Shown here: in pieces, positions 10,654 through 20,406 of the stretch
Layout of the letters: each line of letters begins with the position of its first letter
How positions within the stretch are numbered: the first letter of the stretch is position 1
DNA from: an uncultured Planctomycetota bacterium
Lineage (GTDB): Bacteria > Planctomycetota > Planctomycetia > Pirellulales > Lacipirellulaceae
DNA: 64,000 bases
Reading direction: 5' to 3'
NCBI GenBank assembly: GCA_963719315.1
Contig: CAVRBU010000002.1
Span: 448,001 to 512,000 of the forward strand
Position numbers and translations under genes: made by a program
Notes under the pieces: generated by a model
What the model was told of the DNA's origin: nothing
Databases searched by the model: none
Seen by the model: only the letters and a program-made list of their open reading frames with translations

Positions 10654-11085
10654 TTACTTCTTGCCGCTCTCCCCCTTCGGCTTGAAATCGAGCGACGCGC
10701 TGTTTACGCAGTACCGCAGGCCGGTGGGGCCGGGGCCGTCAGGGAAGACGTGGCCGAGGTGGGCGCCGCATTTGTGGCAGATGATCTCGTCGCGAACCAT
10801 GCCAAAGTTCGAATCGACTTGGGTGTCCACGACTTTTTCATCGGCAGCCGCCGAAAAGCTGGGCCAGCCGCAGCCGCTGTCAAATTTTGCGTCCGAGGTA
10901 AACAATTCGGCCCCGCACACCACGCACCGATACACGCCCGACTCGTGATGGTTCCAGTATTTGCCCGTGAAAGGCGCTTCGGTGCCCTTTTGTTGGGTTA
11001 CGTAGAATTGTTCGGGGGTGAGCTTCGAGCGTAGGTCGTCGTTCAGTTTTTCGGTTTTGTTGGGCATGGTCAGTTTGTTGGGCAT
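10654..11085 (-). CDS. msrB: Peptide-methionine (R)-S-oxide reductase
   Basis: GTEAPFTG, CVVC, KFDSGCGWPSF, CHKCGAHLGHVFPDGP, RYCVNSASL; start is 11085 or 11067. Confidence 0.95.
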   Translation of the reverse strand: MPNKLTMPNKTEKLNDDLRSKLTPEQFYVTQQKGTEAPFTGKYWNHHESGVYRCVVCGAELFTSDAKFDSGCGWPSFSAAADEKVVDTQVDSNFGMVRDEIICHKCGAHLGHVFPDGPGPTGLRYCVNSASLDFKPKGESGKK

Positions 11086-11258
11086 TGCCAACAGGTAGAT
11101 TAACAGGCAAAGTGGAATCGACAGGAATAATACCTTTCTTACCACCAGAGGTACCAAAGGCACGAAAGAAGATTCTGAAAGATGTAATTTCATTACGTAT
11201 TTCTTCGTGAACTTTGCGTTCTTCGTGGTTCTTTGCATTGTAGTAATTTAACATTGCG

Positions 11259-12445
11259 ATGTCGAAGGAAGATGCCCAATTCGTGTTCATGACTTGCCGA
11301 GCCGGGGCTGAGGCCGCGCTTAAGCAGGAGGTGGCACACGCGCGTCCGGCATGGCATCCGGCGTTCTCGCGGCCTGGTTTTTTGACTTTCAAAGTGGCCG
11401 GGGAATCGCCGCTGGACGACAAGGAACTTGCGGCACGCCATTGGACATTCGCGCACTCCCACGGCATTTCGCTAGGCCGGCTCGCGGGTTCACAGCTCGC
11501 CCCCCTCGTGCGGCAATTCTGGCTCACTGACGGCGTAGTCGCTTCAGCTACTTTGAAAGCCGTCGCCGACATCCACGTCTGGCAGCGCGAACCGGCAAAG
11601 GGGGACTCCGGCGAAGATATGTTTGTCACGCCGCTGTGCCTGGAAATCGAAGCGGCCCTACGTGCGGCAGCGCCCGACTCGGCCAATCTCGAGCACGCGA
11701 CGACTATACCTCGCCGGGCGGCACCGAGAAATTGCCTGGTGCTCGATGTGGTCCTCATCGAGCCGGGCGAGTGGTGGATTGGCTATCATCGCGCGATCCG
11801 CCGCACGCAGCGCTGGCCGGCCGGAGCGATTCCGGTACGGCTGCCTGCGCATGCCGTGTCGCGGGCGTACGCCAAATTGGAAGAGGCCCTGCAGTGGAGC
11901 GACTTGCCGCTGGCGGCGGAAGACGAATGCGTAGAAATCGGCTGCGCGCTGGCGGCGCGAGCCAGGCGCTCTTGGATCGCGGGCTGTTCGTCACGGGCAT
12001 CGATCCGGCGGACGTCGATCTGGCCGTGCTGGAGCACCCGAGATTTCGACATTTGAAAAAACGCGGCACGGAAGTTCGCCGGCAGGAGTTTGCCGGCGTT
12101 CGTTGGCTCGCGGCCGATATGAACATCGCACCCGACGATACGCTCTCCGAGGTCGAAGCGATTGTCACCAATCCACAGGTTTCGATTCGTGGACTGGTAC
12201 TAACGCTGAAGATGTCTGAGTGGGGTCTCGCCAGCCGCCTGCCTGAGTTCGTGGAGCGCGTGCGCGGCTGGGGTTATCGCGACATTCGCACGCGGCAACT
12301 TGTAACGGGCGGACAAGAAATATGTCTCGTCGCGTTGCGGCGCAAAGCGCTGCGGCGGCTGGGGCGGAAGCAGCGTGGTGCGGGTCGGCTAAACCGCAAG
12401 CGGCACGATCAGCCGCATACCGCGCCTTCTGAGCCGCATTTCTGA
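11259..12445 (+). CDS. SAM-dependent RNA methyltransferase (RlmM/FtsJ-like); apparent frameshift near 11950
   Basis: SRAYAKLEEAL, then VEIGCA[P]GGASQALLDRG..GIDPA broken across two frames; ADMN motif. Confidence 0.75.
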
Positions 12446-12558
12446 TCTTCGGCTCGCTCGGTTCCTTCGCTAGAATTCCGGCCTTTGCTGTAGCCCCGTT
12501 TCTCCGAAACGGGGACCGCGACTATCGGAGAAATTCGGCTACGTGATTGAGAACCTAA

Positions 12559-13362
12559 ATGCGCGAGTTGCGTCGTTTCATTCTGATACTTTTCACGCTA
12601 TTGGCGGGGTGTCGTGCCGTGCCGCCGAGGATAGCGCTGCCCGAAGCCCATGAACTGTCCGTCGGCCAATTGGTCTTCCATAGCGACTTTGAGTTGCCGC
12701 GCGATCATCGCCTGGTGCGCGACCTAGTCGAAGAGCGCGACTACATCTGCACTACGCTCGGCATGCCATCGACGAACGAGCCGATCGAAGTTTACTTGTT
12801 CCGTGACGCCGACCGCTATCGTGAATACCTGATGCGGAATTTTCCGAGTGTGCCGTCGCGGCGAGCATTCTTTCTGGAAACCGATACGCGGCTCGCGGTG
12901 TACGCTCATTGGAGCGACCGCGTAGGCGAGGACTTGCGGCACGAAGTTGCCCACGGATATTTGCATGCCGTTATGCCCGGTCTGCCTCTGTGGGTGGACG
13001 AGGGGTTGGCGGAGTATTTCGAAGTTCCGCGCGGCCTTGACGGTCTAAACCAACCGCACGTGGCCTTACTGTCGGACATGGTGGAGCAAAACGGGTGGAA
13101 GCCGAACTTGAAGCGGCTCGAAACTCTCACCGACGCGGCGCAAATGGACCAGCGCGACTACGCGGAAGCTTGGTCGTGGGTCTATTTCATGCTCCACTCG
13201 CCGCCGGAGCGACGCCAGATCCTCACGGGCTATCTCGCCGATTTACGGGCCAAGGGTTCGGGCCAGCCGCTATCCGTGCGGTTGGCGGCGCTGCAAGCGG
13301 AACCGGAAAAGCCACTCACGGCTTATATCGCAACATTGAAGAAGGAATCGACCACGAAGTGA
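12559..13362 (+). CDS. DUF1570-like zinc metallopeptidase lipoprotein
   Basis: Lipobox LLAGC; HEVAH zinc motif; PLWVDEGLAEYFE; YAEAWSWVYF. Confidence 0.8.
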   Translation: MRELRRFILILFTLLAGCRAVPPRIALPEAHELSVGQLVFHSDFELPRDHRLVRDLVEERDYICTTLGMPSTNEPIEVYLFRDADRYREYLMRNFPSVPSRRAFFLETDTRLAVYAHWSDRVGEDLRHEVAHGYLHAVMPGLPLWVDEGLAEYFEVPRGLDGLNQPHVALLSDMVEQNGWKPNLKRLETLTDAAQMDQRDYAEAWSWVYFMLHSPPERRQILTGYLADLRAKGSGQPLSVRLAALQAEPEKPLTAYIATLKKESTTK

Positions 13363-13525
13363 AATCCGTAGCTGAAATCACAAGACTTCAGATGCGTCAC
13401 TGGATACTTCGGGAATCATGCGAATTCCGCTACGGAGGAGACGACGCGTTTTGTGGCGCCCGCATGCTCACCCGCCGCGGCGGGTGAACATGCCACCCAA
13501 CAATCGAAGTCTGGCAGGGCTCGCG

Positions 13526-14479
13526 CTACGCGTCCTTGCGATACACGATGCCTTCGTCCACTTTCTTGAAGCCGAGCTTTTCGTAGAGCTTTAGCGCTGG
13601 CGTATTGTCTTGCATCGTCTGTGCTTCGACGAGCAGAATCCCGCGCGTGCGAAGTCGCTCGAATGCCTCGCCCAACAGAAACGTCGCTAATCCCTTACGG
13701 CGCTGTTCGGCGGGGACATCGAGATCGAACATCCCGGCGGCGGGAGCGCCCCAAGCGGTCGAGAGCGGCTCAACGTCCCAGAACCACACGTCGGCGAGCG
13801 CGTCGGCCGAACCGGGCCGTTTGAGCGAAAAGCGAATGCGCTCAAACGCACCGGTCGTGCAAGCCTCCCACCACGTTCGCGTTGGCGGCGTTTGAGTCTC
13901 CTGGCAAATTATCTCGCGACGAAGCTGCCGCAAGTTGCGGGCAATCGGCGGCCTAAATCTAGCCAACTCGAGCAGCATCACGACCACCCGATCTATCTCG
14001 CGATAACCGCGCTCGCGACACGCTTCGTTGAACATCTGGTCGCCGACCAAAATGCCCGGCAGTTCGCTGCCGCCGTACAGCCCCAGATAAAACGCATTGA
14101 GCGGCCGGATGCCGCCGGCGTAAATTACTTTAGCGCCCCGCTCGCGGAGGTAGGTTTCGGCTTGTCCTAGCAACTCGCCGGCGAGCTGTGCACTACGATG
14201 GTCGCTGCGCAGCACCAATTGATACGTCGTGCCAACATCGGTCGCGATGCCGCTATAGTCGTCGTTTGGGCCGAAACCAGCATGCGCGAAACCAACCGGC
14301 ACGTTGTCGTCGAGGGCGACGATCAATCCGGCCGGATCGAAGTAAGGCTTTGAGTAGACGAACTGTTCTAAAATCCCAGCCGTCACGGGTTGTGCGACGC
14401 CGCGCTGCGCCGGCTGGTCGCGCCAGATTTCCGCCAGTCGTGGCGGGTCGGTGTTGCGAAACGGTCGAAAGTGGTACAC
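13526..14479 (-). CDS. GNAT family acetyltransferase (two GNAT domains); start uncertain
   Basis: QRRKGLAT acetyl-CoA motif; NTPALKLYEKLGF. Confidence 0.85.
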   Translation of the reverse strand: MYHFRPFRNTDPPRLAEIWRDQPAQRGVAQPVTAGILEQFVYSKPYFDPAGLIVALDDNVPVGFAHAGFGPNDDYSGIATDVGTTYQLVLRSDHRSAQLAGELLGQAETYLRERGAKVIYAGGIRPLNAFYLGLYGGSELPGILVGDQMFNEACRERGYREIDRVVVMLLELARFRPPIARNLRQLRREIICQETQTPPTRTWWEACTTGAFERIRFSLKRPGSADALADVWFWDVEPLSTAWGAPAAGMFDLDVPAEQRRKGLATFLLGEAFERLRTRGILLVEAQTMQDNTPALKLYEKLGFKKVDEGIVYRKDA

Positions 14480-14637
14480 GGCGGGAAGCGGAGCGGAACT
14501 CGTTGGCCAACGATCAATAGATGGGCTATCGTAAGCCGGAGTTAGACAAGGAGACAAGGAGAGGGGGAGTCAAGTAGATTGGTCATCCAACGATTTCTCT
14601 TTGAGTTTTCGGTATTCCCCAGCTCGTGGTTCTAACT

Positions 14638-15633
14638 TTAGGCCACTTCGCGATGCTTCGCGAGATCGCGTTTCTTGCGGACGCCCGGTTCGCCCTTCCA
14701 GCGGCGGTGAAGCCACCAGTACTGGCCCGGAGATTCGCGGACGAGTTGCTCCAAGTGGTCGGTGTACCATTGCGCCAACAATGGGACCGTGCCGTTTTCG
14801 AAGTCCGGATCACGCGGATCGCAAATCGCGGCGGGGCCGACTTCGTAATGGAGCGGCTTACCTACCCGCCGGGCGTAGCTGACCATCGTCGGCGCTCCGT
14901 TGCCCAGCGAGAACACGGAGACGGCCTTGTGCGTCGACGCGGGCTTGCCGAAGAAATTCACCCAACATTGCCGTTGGCCTGCCGCCTGGTCGCCCAACAG
15001 CGTGAGGATGCCGCCCCGCTCCAGCACGTTTTGAATGTCGGCCCCACTTCCCTTTTTGGGAAGGATGTACTGGCCCGTGCGTCCGCGGAATTCATTGATG
15101 AACTGATCGAGGTACGGATTATCGAGCGCCCGGGCAACCGTATAGGTCGGGAACCCGAATAGGCCCATGAGATATCCACCAAGTTCGAAGTTGCCGAAGT
15201 GGCCTGAAATGAGCACCAGCGGCCGGCCACTGAGCAGCGTCCGCACGAACTCCTCCTGGTTGACGATGCGCGAGTGTTCCTTCCAATTGGTTTCATGCAC
15301 CTTGCGCGGCGTTTGCGCAATCTCGGCAATCATGAGAATCAGATGCCGCCACATTTGCCAGGTGATGGTGTCGCGTTCCGCGGCAGTCATGCTGGGAAAC
15401 GCAATGCGGAGATTCTTGTCGACAACGTGCCCGCGCACGCGAAACACGTGGCCCATAAGCGTCGCCAAAACTTCCGCGACCTTCTCGCACACCGACAGCG
15501 GAAGCGCTTGAATAAGCGCGATCATCACGCGAACCACTAAATACACGCCAAAATCGCTTGCTGTGCGCCACATAGCGGCGATTGTCGCACAGAAGCGGCG
15601 TTCGTCGGAAGGCCGACTCGAAGGTGCTATCAT
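14638..15633 (-). CDS. Lipid A lauroyl/lysophospholipid acyltransferase (LpxL/HtrB family)
   Basis: GHFGNFE, LGDQ, FFGKPAST, PGQYWWLHRRWK; ATG overlaps the permease stop. Confidence 0.9.
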   Translation of the reverse strand: MIAPSSRPSDERRFCATIAAMWRTASDFGVYLVVRVMIALIQALPLSVCEKVAEVLATLMGHVFRVRGHVVDKNLRIAFPSMTAAERDTITWQMWRHLILMIAEIAQTPRKVHETNWKEHSRIVNQEEFVRTLLSGRPLVLISGHFGNFELGGYLMGLFGFPTYTVARALDNPYLDQFINEFRGRTGQYILPKKGSGADIQNVLERGGILTLLGDQAAGQRQCWVNFFGKPASTHKAVSVFSLGNGAPTMVSYARRVGKPLHYEVGPAAICDPRDPDFENGTVPLLAQWYTDHLEQLVRESPGQYWWLHRRWKGEPGVRKKRDLAKHREVA

Positions 15634-17054
15634 TCGACCTTCCGATCCGCCCGCACGGAGAACCACAGGGCGCCGCCGATTGCCAGCGGCACGACACCCA
15701 GTAGCGCGAGCCACCGCGCGTACGCCAAACTTGCCCACAGCATGTAAGCGCACGATCCGCAGAACGCCAACACGGGCAGCGGATAGAGTGGCACCGCGAA
15801 CGGGCGTGGAGTGGATTGGTTCTTGGCCCGAAGAACGAAAACCGCTATGCCCGTGAGTAGACTCAATCCCCAAAACACAGGCGCCGTGCCCGCGACGAGA
15901 GTTTCGAATCCGCCGAAATACTTCTTCCATGGCAAACCGTCGACCCGGATGAATTGCAGAGAGGAATCAAACGCATTTCGCCCCGACTCTGTGCCCACGA
16001 GAAAAACGAGGATCGCGGCGATTGCCGCTTGCAGCACGATTGCGGCAACAGGCGCCGCCGTGCGGCGATTCCACGAGCCAATCCACGAAAGTGCCGGGTA
16101 GTCAGCGCCCCACACGGCGTAAATGCGCGTGCCGGTGAGGATCATGCCGTTGATCGCACCTAGCGCGGAGAGCATCACGAGCAGGCTAATGGCGCGGCCA
16201 CCCAGCGACCCGAGGGCTTGTTCGAGTACGTCGGCGGCGGGTGTCGCGGTGTGACGCGCGACTTCGAAACCGAGTGCGTTCAAGTACGCACCGTTCACCA
16301 AGAGGTAAATAATCGTGATTCCGGCGATGCCTAACATGAGTGAGCGCGGTAGATTGCGCTGCTCATCGCGGACCTCGGCGGCTACATAGGCGGCGTGACT
16401 CCAACCGCCATAGGCATAGAGCACGAAGACAAGCGCGAGGCCGAGGTCTGCGTTGCCACCGCTGCCACTACGATTGCCGATTGCAATTGCTGCTTGTGGT
16501 TGAGCACCTCCCACCGAGAGCATTCCCACCAACACTACCCCTCCCAAGCCAATGACCTTGGCCGCGGTCAGCAAGTTTTGCGTCAACTTGCCGGCCACGA
16601 TGCCGGCGGCATTGAGTGCCGACAAGGCGACGATTGGTCCGATGGTGAGCCACAGCGCATGTTCGCTCCAACTCGGCCATAGCCGCACGGCGTAGTCCGC
16701 AAACGCATACGCCATGATCGCGATGTTGCCACTGATCACGGTCGTGATCTGTGCCCAAGCGAACAAGAAACCACACCAGGGGCCAAACGCGCGATTGAGG
16801 TACTCGTAGTCGCCGCCATCGCGCGGATAGGTCGTAGCCAGTTCGGCGTAGCACATCGCGCCGCACCAGGCAAGCGCGCCACCGACGAGCCACAATCCCA
16901 TCGCCGACCAAGGCCCGTGGGCATTGTCGAAGATTGTCGCGGTCGTGCGAAAAATCGATGTACCGACCACGATGCCGACGATGATGCTCACGGCATCCCA
17001 CAATCCAAGTCGGGGCGGAATTCGCGCTTCCACATGATGCTGCCTGGTGCTCAT
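15630..17054 (-). CDS. APC-family amino acid permease
   Basis: IVGTSIF, CYAELATTYPRDGGDYEYL, YAYGGW, EVRDEQRNLPR; about 12 TMs. Confidence 0.9.
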   Translation of the reverse strand: MSTRQHHVEARIPPRLGLWDAVSIIVGIVVGTSIFRTTATIFDNAHGPWSAMGLWLVGGALAWCGAMCYAELATTYPRDGGDYEYLNRAFGPWCGFLFAWAQITTVISGNIAIMAYAFADYAVRLWPSWSEHALWLTIGPIVALSALNAAGIVAGKLTQNLLTAAKVIGLGGVVLVGMLSVGGAQPQAAIAIGNRSGSGGNADLGLALVFVLYAYGGWSHAAYVAAEVRDEQRNLPRSLMLGIAGITIIYLLVNGAYLNALGFEVARHTATPAADVLEQALGSLGGRAISLLVMLSALGAINGMILTGTRIYAVWGADYPALSWIGSWNRRTAAPVAAIVLQAAIAAILVFLVGTESGRNAFDSSLQFIRVDGLPWKKYFGGFETLVAGTAPVFWGLSLLTGIAVFVLRAKNQSTPRPFAVPLYPLPVLAFCGSCAYMLWASLAYARWLALLGVVPLAIGGALWFSVRADRKVE

Positions 17055-17145
17055 GGGACTCAAAGACGCTGAATTCTCACGAGAACTCTGTAAATTGTGC
17101 ACATTTTAGCTGCGCTTTTATGGGTTTTTAGCCATGTTTTTGGTA

Positions 17146-17174
17146 TAGACATTTGGCAAAACAGGTTCAATAAT
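17146..17174 (+). promoter_or_regulatory. Putative sigma70 promoter of RRM gene 1
   Basis: TAGACA-N17-AATAAT ending 7 nt before the first base of the duplicated leader. Confidence 0.5.
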
Positions 17175-17180
17175 AGGACG

Positions 17181-17341
17181 GGTTGGTTCAGCGAACGTGT
17201 CTCTGTTAGCCGTGCATTTAGTCGGCTGCCTCTGCCTCTTTCAGCCGCACCTCCTGGCGGGCCGCCAATCTAGGCCCCTTTCTTTACAGCCTTGGAAAGT
17301 GAAACAGGGCTGTGACTTTTTCCAATTGCAGGAGATGCATC
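17181..17341 (+). ncRNA. Candidate structured 5' leader RNA, copy 1
   Basis: Highly similar to 18200..18366; stems CGGCTG/CAGCCG, GGGCC/GGCCC, CAGCCTTG/CAGGGCTG; anti-SD GCACCTCCTG complementary to CAGGAGATGC. Confidence 0.6.
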
Positions 17342-17674
17342 GTGGGAAAGAAGCTGTATTGTGGCAATCTGAGCTATAACGTGGCGAGCTCGGACCTGGA
17401 CCAAATGTTTTCCGAATTCGGCACCGTGAAAAGCGCCGAAGTGATCATGGACCGCGACACCGGCCGGAGCAAGGGTTTCGGCTTCGTCGAAATGAACAAC
17501 GACCAGGAAGCCCAGGCTGCGATTGCCGGTATCAACGGTAAAGAGCACGACGGTCGAACGCTCACCGTCAACGAAGCTCGCCCCCGTGAAGAGCGTGGCG
17601 GCGGCGGTGGTGGCCGTGGCGGCGGCGGTCGTGGTGGTTACAGCGGCGGTGGTGGCGGCGGACGCCGCTACTAA
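17342..17674 (+). CDS. RRM RNA-binding protein with Gly-rich tail (paralog 1)
   Basis: RNP2 LYCGNL, RNP1 KGFGFVEM, VNEARPRE, Gly/RGG tail; GTG start after AGGAG. Confidence 0.95.
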   Translation: MGKKLYCGNLSYNVASSDLDQMFSEFGTVKSAEVIMDRDTGRSKGFGFVEMNNDQEAQAAIAGINGKEHDGRTLTVNEARPREERGGGGGGRGGGGRGGYSGGGGGGRRY

Positions 17675-17746
17675 GCGGACAAGCTACTCCCTGAAGCGGT
17701 GACTCAATATAGTCGCCGCTGATGGCCTTGGGCCGGACGATTATTC

Positions 17747-17786
17747 ATGCACTGCCGTGCATGTACACGGCAGTGCGTGTTTTTTT
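17747..17786 (+). terminator. Intrinsic terminator after RRM gene 1
   Basis: GCACTGCCGTG-loop-CACGGCAGTGC followed by a T-run. Confidence 0.8.
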
Positions 17787-17856
17787 GCGCCGAACGGAAT
17801 TAGAGTTCTGCGGCTGCTGGCCGATCATCGGTGCCCCAACAACAGCGGAGGATGAA

Positions 17857-18018
17857 TTGGCAAAAAACCAAAACACATTTGAGAAACGCCGGCGCGAAGT
17901 TGAAAAAAGACAACGGGCTGAGGAAAAACGCAAGAAGCGGGAAAAAATCAAAGAGCTAGGCGACGACCGCCCGGCGCCAACTCCACCCTATGACTACCAG
18001 GAACCTACCGGCAGGTAG
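17857..18018 (+). CDS. Small basic hypothetical protein (53 aa)
   Basis: TTG start after GGAGG; AKNQNTFEKRRREVEKRQRAEEKRKKR. Confidence 0.65.
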   Translation: MAKNQNTFEKRRREVEKRQRAEEKRKKREKIKELGDDRPAPTPPYDYQEPTGR

Positions 18019-18164
18019 TGTGTACGTAGGAGTTATTGCAAGTGGCGAGCGACGCACGAGTCGTGCGGCCCGATCTTATAGCAATTGCAGGCTGCCACGA
18101 TTGCGCGACTGATCGATTGGCCTCCATCAGTTCACCCAAATCGAGTTCTTTCGCCGAATTGCCC

Positions 18165-18193
18165 TGGACTTCGCGCTACCGTAGGTCGATAAT
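18165..18193 (+). promoter_or_regulatory. Putative sigma70 promoter of RRM gene 2
   Basis: TGGACT-N17-GATAAT ending 7 nt before the first base of the duplicated leader. Confidence 0.5.
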
Positions 18194-18199
18194 GCCTCC

Positions 18200-18366
18200 G
18201 GTTGGTTCAGCGATCGTGTCTCTGTTAGCCGTGCTTCTTTTTGGTCGGCTGCCTCTGCCTCCTTCGGCCGCACCTCCTGGCGGGTCTCCATTTCTGGCCC
18301 CTTTCTTCGCGGCCCCGAAAGTCAAACGACCGGGCCGTACACTTTCCAATTCGCAGGAGATGCAGC
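18200..18366 (+). ncRNA. Candidate structured 5' leader RNA, copy 2
   Basis: Paralog of 17181..17341 with pairing-preserving substitutions. Confidence 0.6.
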
Positions 18367-18693
18367 ATGGGAAAGAAACTTTATTGTGGCAATCTGAGTT
18401 ATAACGTCGCGAACTCAGATCTCGACCAAATGTTTGGTGAATTCGGGACGGTACAGAGTGCTGAAGTCGTTATGGATCGCGACACCGGCCGGAGCAAGGG
18501 CTTTGGCTTCGTCGAGATGCAGAACGACCAGGAAGCCCAAGCGGCAATCGCCGGCGTCAATGGCCGGGAGCACGACGGCCGAACGCTAACCGTCAACGAA
18601 GCACGCCCGCGCGAAGCCCGCACCGGCGGCGGCGGTGGTGGTGGTGGTGGACGCGGTGGTTACGGCGGCGGTGGCGGCGGACGCCGTTACTAA
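18367..18693 (+). CDS. RRM RNA-binding protein with Gly-rich tail (paralog 2)
   Basis: Same RNP1/RNP2 motifs; near-identical to paralog 1. Confidence 0.95.
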   Translation: MGKKLYCGNLSYNVANSDLDQMFGEFGTVQSAEVVMDRDTGRSKGFGFVEMQNDQEAQAAIAGVNGREHDGRTLTVNEARPREARTGGGGGGGGGRGGYGGGGGGRRY

Positions 18694-18741
18694 CCCTCGC
18701 GACGTCGGTGCCTTGTGCACCGCGCCAAATTGAAACACACG

Positions 18742-18780
18742 CATGCACCGCCGCGCTTTGCGCGGCGGTGCATGTTTTTT
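18742..18780 (+). terminator. Intrinsic terminator after RRM gene 2
   Basis: CATGCACCGCCGCGC-TTT-GCGCGGCGGTGCATG followed by TTTTTT. Confidence 0.85.
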
Positions 18781-18863
18781 GCGCCAAAGGGTGGCTGTGG
18801 TCGAGCCGTAGGTGAGCCCCCAGCGCAGTTGGAGGGACGCTGTATTCCACCTTCGCGAGGCCG

Positions 18864-19106
18864 CTACTTACCGCGCTTGGCCGACTTCTTTTTCGCAGTG
18901 GCCGGCTTGACCGCTTTTTTGACTTTCTTCGCCGTCTTCTTTTTCTTTGCGGCCGTCGCCAACTCGGCTTTGCTCTTTTGCCGCATGTCCTGGCTATGCG
19001 CCCGCTGATAGCTCTGGATGTCGGTAAACTCGCCCTTTTCATCGCGCACGGCATACAACTTTTTGCCGGCTTTGCTGTACATAACGGTCCGATTGCTCTT
19101 GGCCAT
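18864..19106 (-). CDS. Small Lys/Ala-rich protein with histone-H1-like tail
   Basis: GKKLYAVRDEKGEFTDIQSYQRAH core plus AAKKKKTAKKVKKAVKP tail; GGAG RBS. Confidence 0.75.
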   Translation of the reverse strand: MAKSNRTVMYSKAGKKLYAVRDEKGEFTDIQSYQRAHSQDMRQKSKAELATAAKKKKTAKKVKKAVKPATAKKKSAKRGK

Positions 19107-19224
19107 ACGAAAATGCTCCAGGTTTGAAAAGGAGTGAGAATCGTTCGCCGCAGGAATTAAGTTAAGAGGGCGACGAACGCCAGTCTATGCGACCACTCGA
19201 AATAATACTACTGAACGCAGCGCC

Positions 19225-19731
19225 TCAACTCAACGTCAACTCGGTAATCAGTATGGAGTACTCCGGGTACGCCATGAGCAGTGCGGCGCGATCACCCAGT
19301 TCAAAATCGGAATAGTCAAACCCCGGCGCAACGGTACATCCCATCAGCGCCCATTGCCCGCCGCGGACGAGCCGACATCCTTGCCACACGCCGGCCGGCA
19401 CGATGACCTGCGGCTCATGCCCGGCTGCCAGGTCGTTGTGAATCGTGATTACCTTGGCTTCGTCATTCGGCCAAAGCTGTAGCATCTCGACTGCATCGCC
19501 GGCGTAGAAGTGGAAGACTTCGTCACTCTTCACGCGGTGGATGGCCGAGAACGTTTCGGGCGTGAGAAGGTAGTAGATTGCCGTCGAAACGCTTCGGTCG
19601 CCGCCGTAATCGTTGGGAAACGTGCCGGCCGTCACCGTCATCGAAGAGCGGTACGTTTCGCGGAAGTGGCCGCCTTCGATGGTGAGGGGGACTAGTTGGA
19701 GGCGGTCGATGATTTCGCGAGCGGTGTGCAT
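19225..19731 (-). CDS. Cupin DUF985 family protein
   Basis: EGGHFRETYRS, STAIYYLL, HRVKSDEVFHFYAG, GCTVAPGFDYSDFEL. Confidence 0.9.
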   Translation of the reverse strand: MHTAREIIDRLQLVPLTIEGGHFRETYRSSMTVTAGTFPNDYGGDRSVSTAIYYLLTPETFSAIHRVKSDEVFHFYAGDAVEMLQLWPNDEAKVITIHNDLAAGHEPQVIVPAGVWQGCRLVRGGQWALMGCTVAPGFDYSDFELGDRAALLMAYPEYSILITELTLS

Positions 19732-19737
19732 TGGAAG

Positions 19738-20148
19738 TTAGCTTGATTTCACGTATTGGTCTACGAAATCTCGCGGCCGAATTACCTGAATGCCATGGTA
19801 CCCGGTGGTTGCAAGCAGCTGCCGGTCGCCGCTGATGACGTACTTCGAATCGGCAGCAATCGCGTACGAGAGGAATTTGTCGTCGTCGGGGTCAACGCAT
19901 ACCTGTGCAGATAGTGGAGGACTCTCGACGAGTGTCGCACCGATGGTAACCAACGCCAAGAATGGCCCCGGCTCGATTCCCGGCGACGAGGCCGCGAGTT
20001 CGCCGCAAACGCGTTGGTACTCGTCGAGTATTTCAACGGACACGACGAGTTCAAGCCGCCCTTCTTGCCGCGCCGCCAGGATTTCGGCCAGAGGGCCGCC
20101 AAAGAAAATACCCGATACGAAGTCGTTGGTATCGAGCACGATCTTCAT
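19738..20148 (-). CDS. PIN-domain toxin (VapC-like)
   Basis: MKIVLDTN, DPDDDKFL, ISGDRQLL. Confidence 0.85.
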   Translation of the reverse strand: MKIVLDTNDFVSGIFFGGPLAEILAARQEGRLELVVSVEILDEYQRVCGELAASSPGIEPGPFLALVTIGATLVESPPLSAQVCVDPDDDKFLSYAIAADSKYVISGDRQLLATTGYHGIQVIRPRDFVDQYVKSS

Positions 20149-20406
20149 GATCGCTTTCGTAATTTACGAATCGCGGCGGCAACATCCGATTTCTTCAACC
20201 CCGCCTTGCGCCTGCTGCTGGGCCGTTTTCAGCATCGCTTTGAATTTGGCTGGCGAAGGCTTAGAAATCGACTTCAAAATAATGGCATCGCCCTGGCCGA
20301 TAACTACGAACTGTGTTCCTGGTTCGAGGCCCAATTCGTCACAGATCGCCTCGGGAATTACGACTTGGCCTTTGGAGGACATTCGGGTTGTGGCAAGCAC
20401 AGACAT
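20145..20406 (-). CDS. AbrB/MazE/SpoVT antitoxin; apparent frameshift near 20207
   Basis: MSSKGQVVIPEAI..LGLEPG; alternate frame KAGLKKSDVAAAIRKLRKRS ends in a TGA overlapping the PIN ATG. Confidence 0.8.

Noticed and set aside
11055..11085. 12-bp duplication giving MPNK..MPNK at the msrB start
   Set aside because: Small local duplication that only makes the start codon ambiguous
11259..12445. Programmed frameshifting or true pseudogenes in the split genes
   Set aside because: No common slippery site or stimulator; the window-wide indel pattern is better explained by sequencing error
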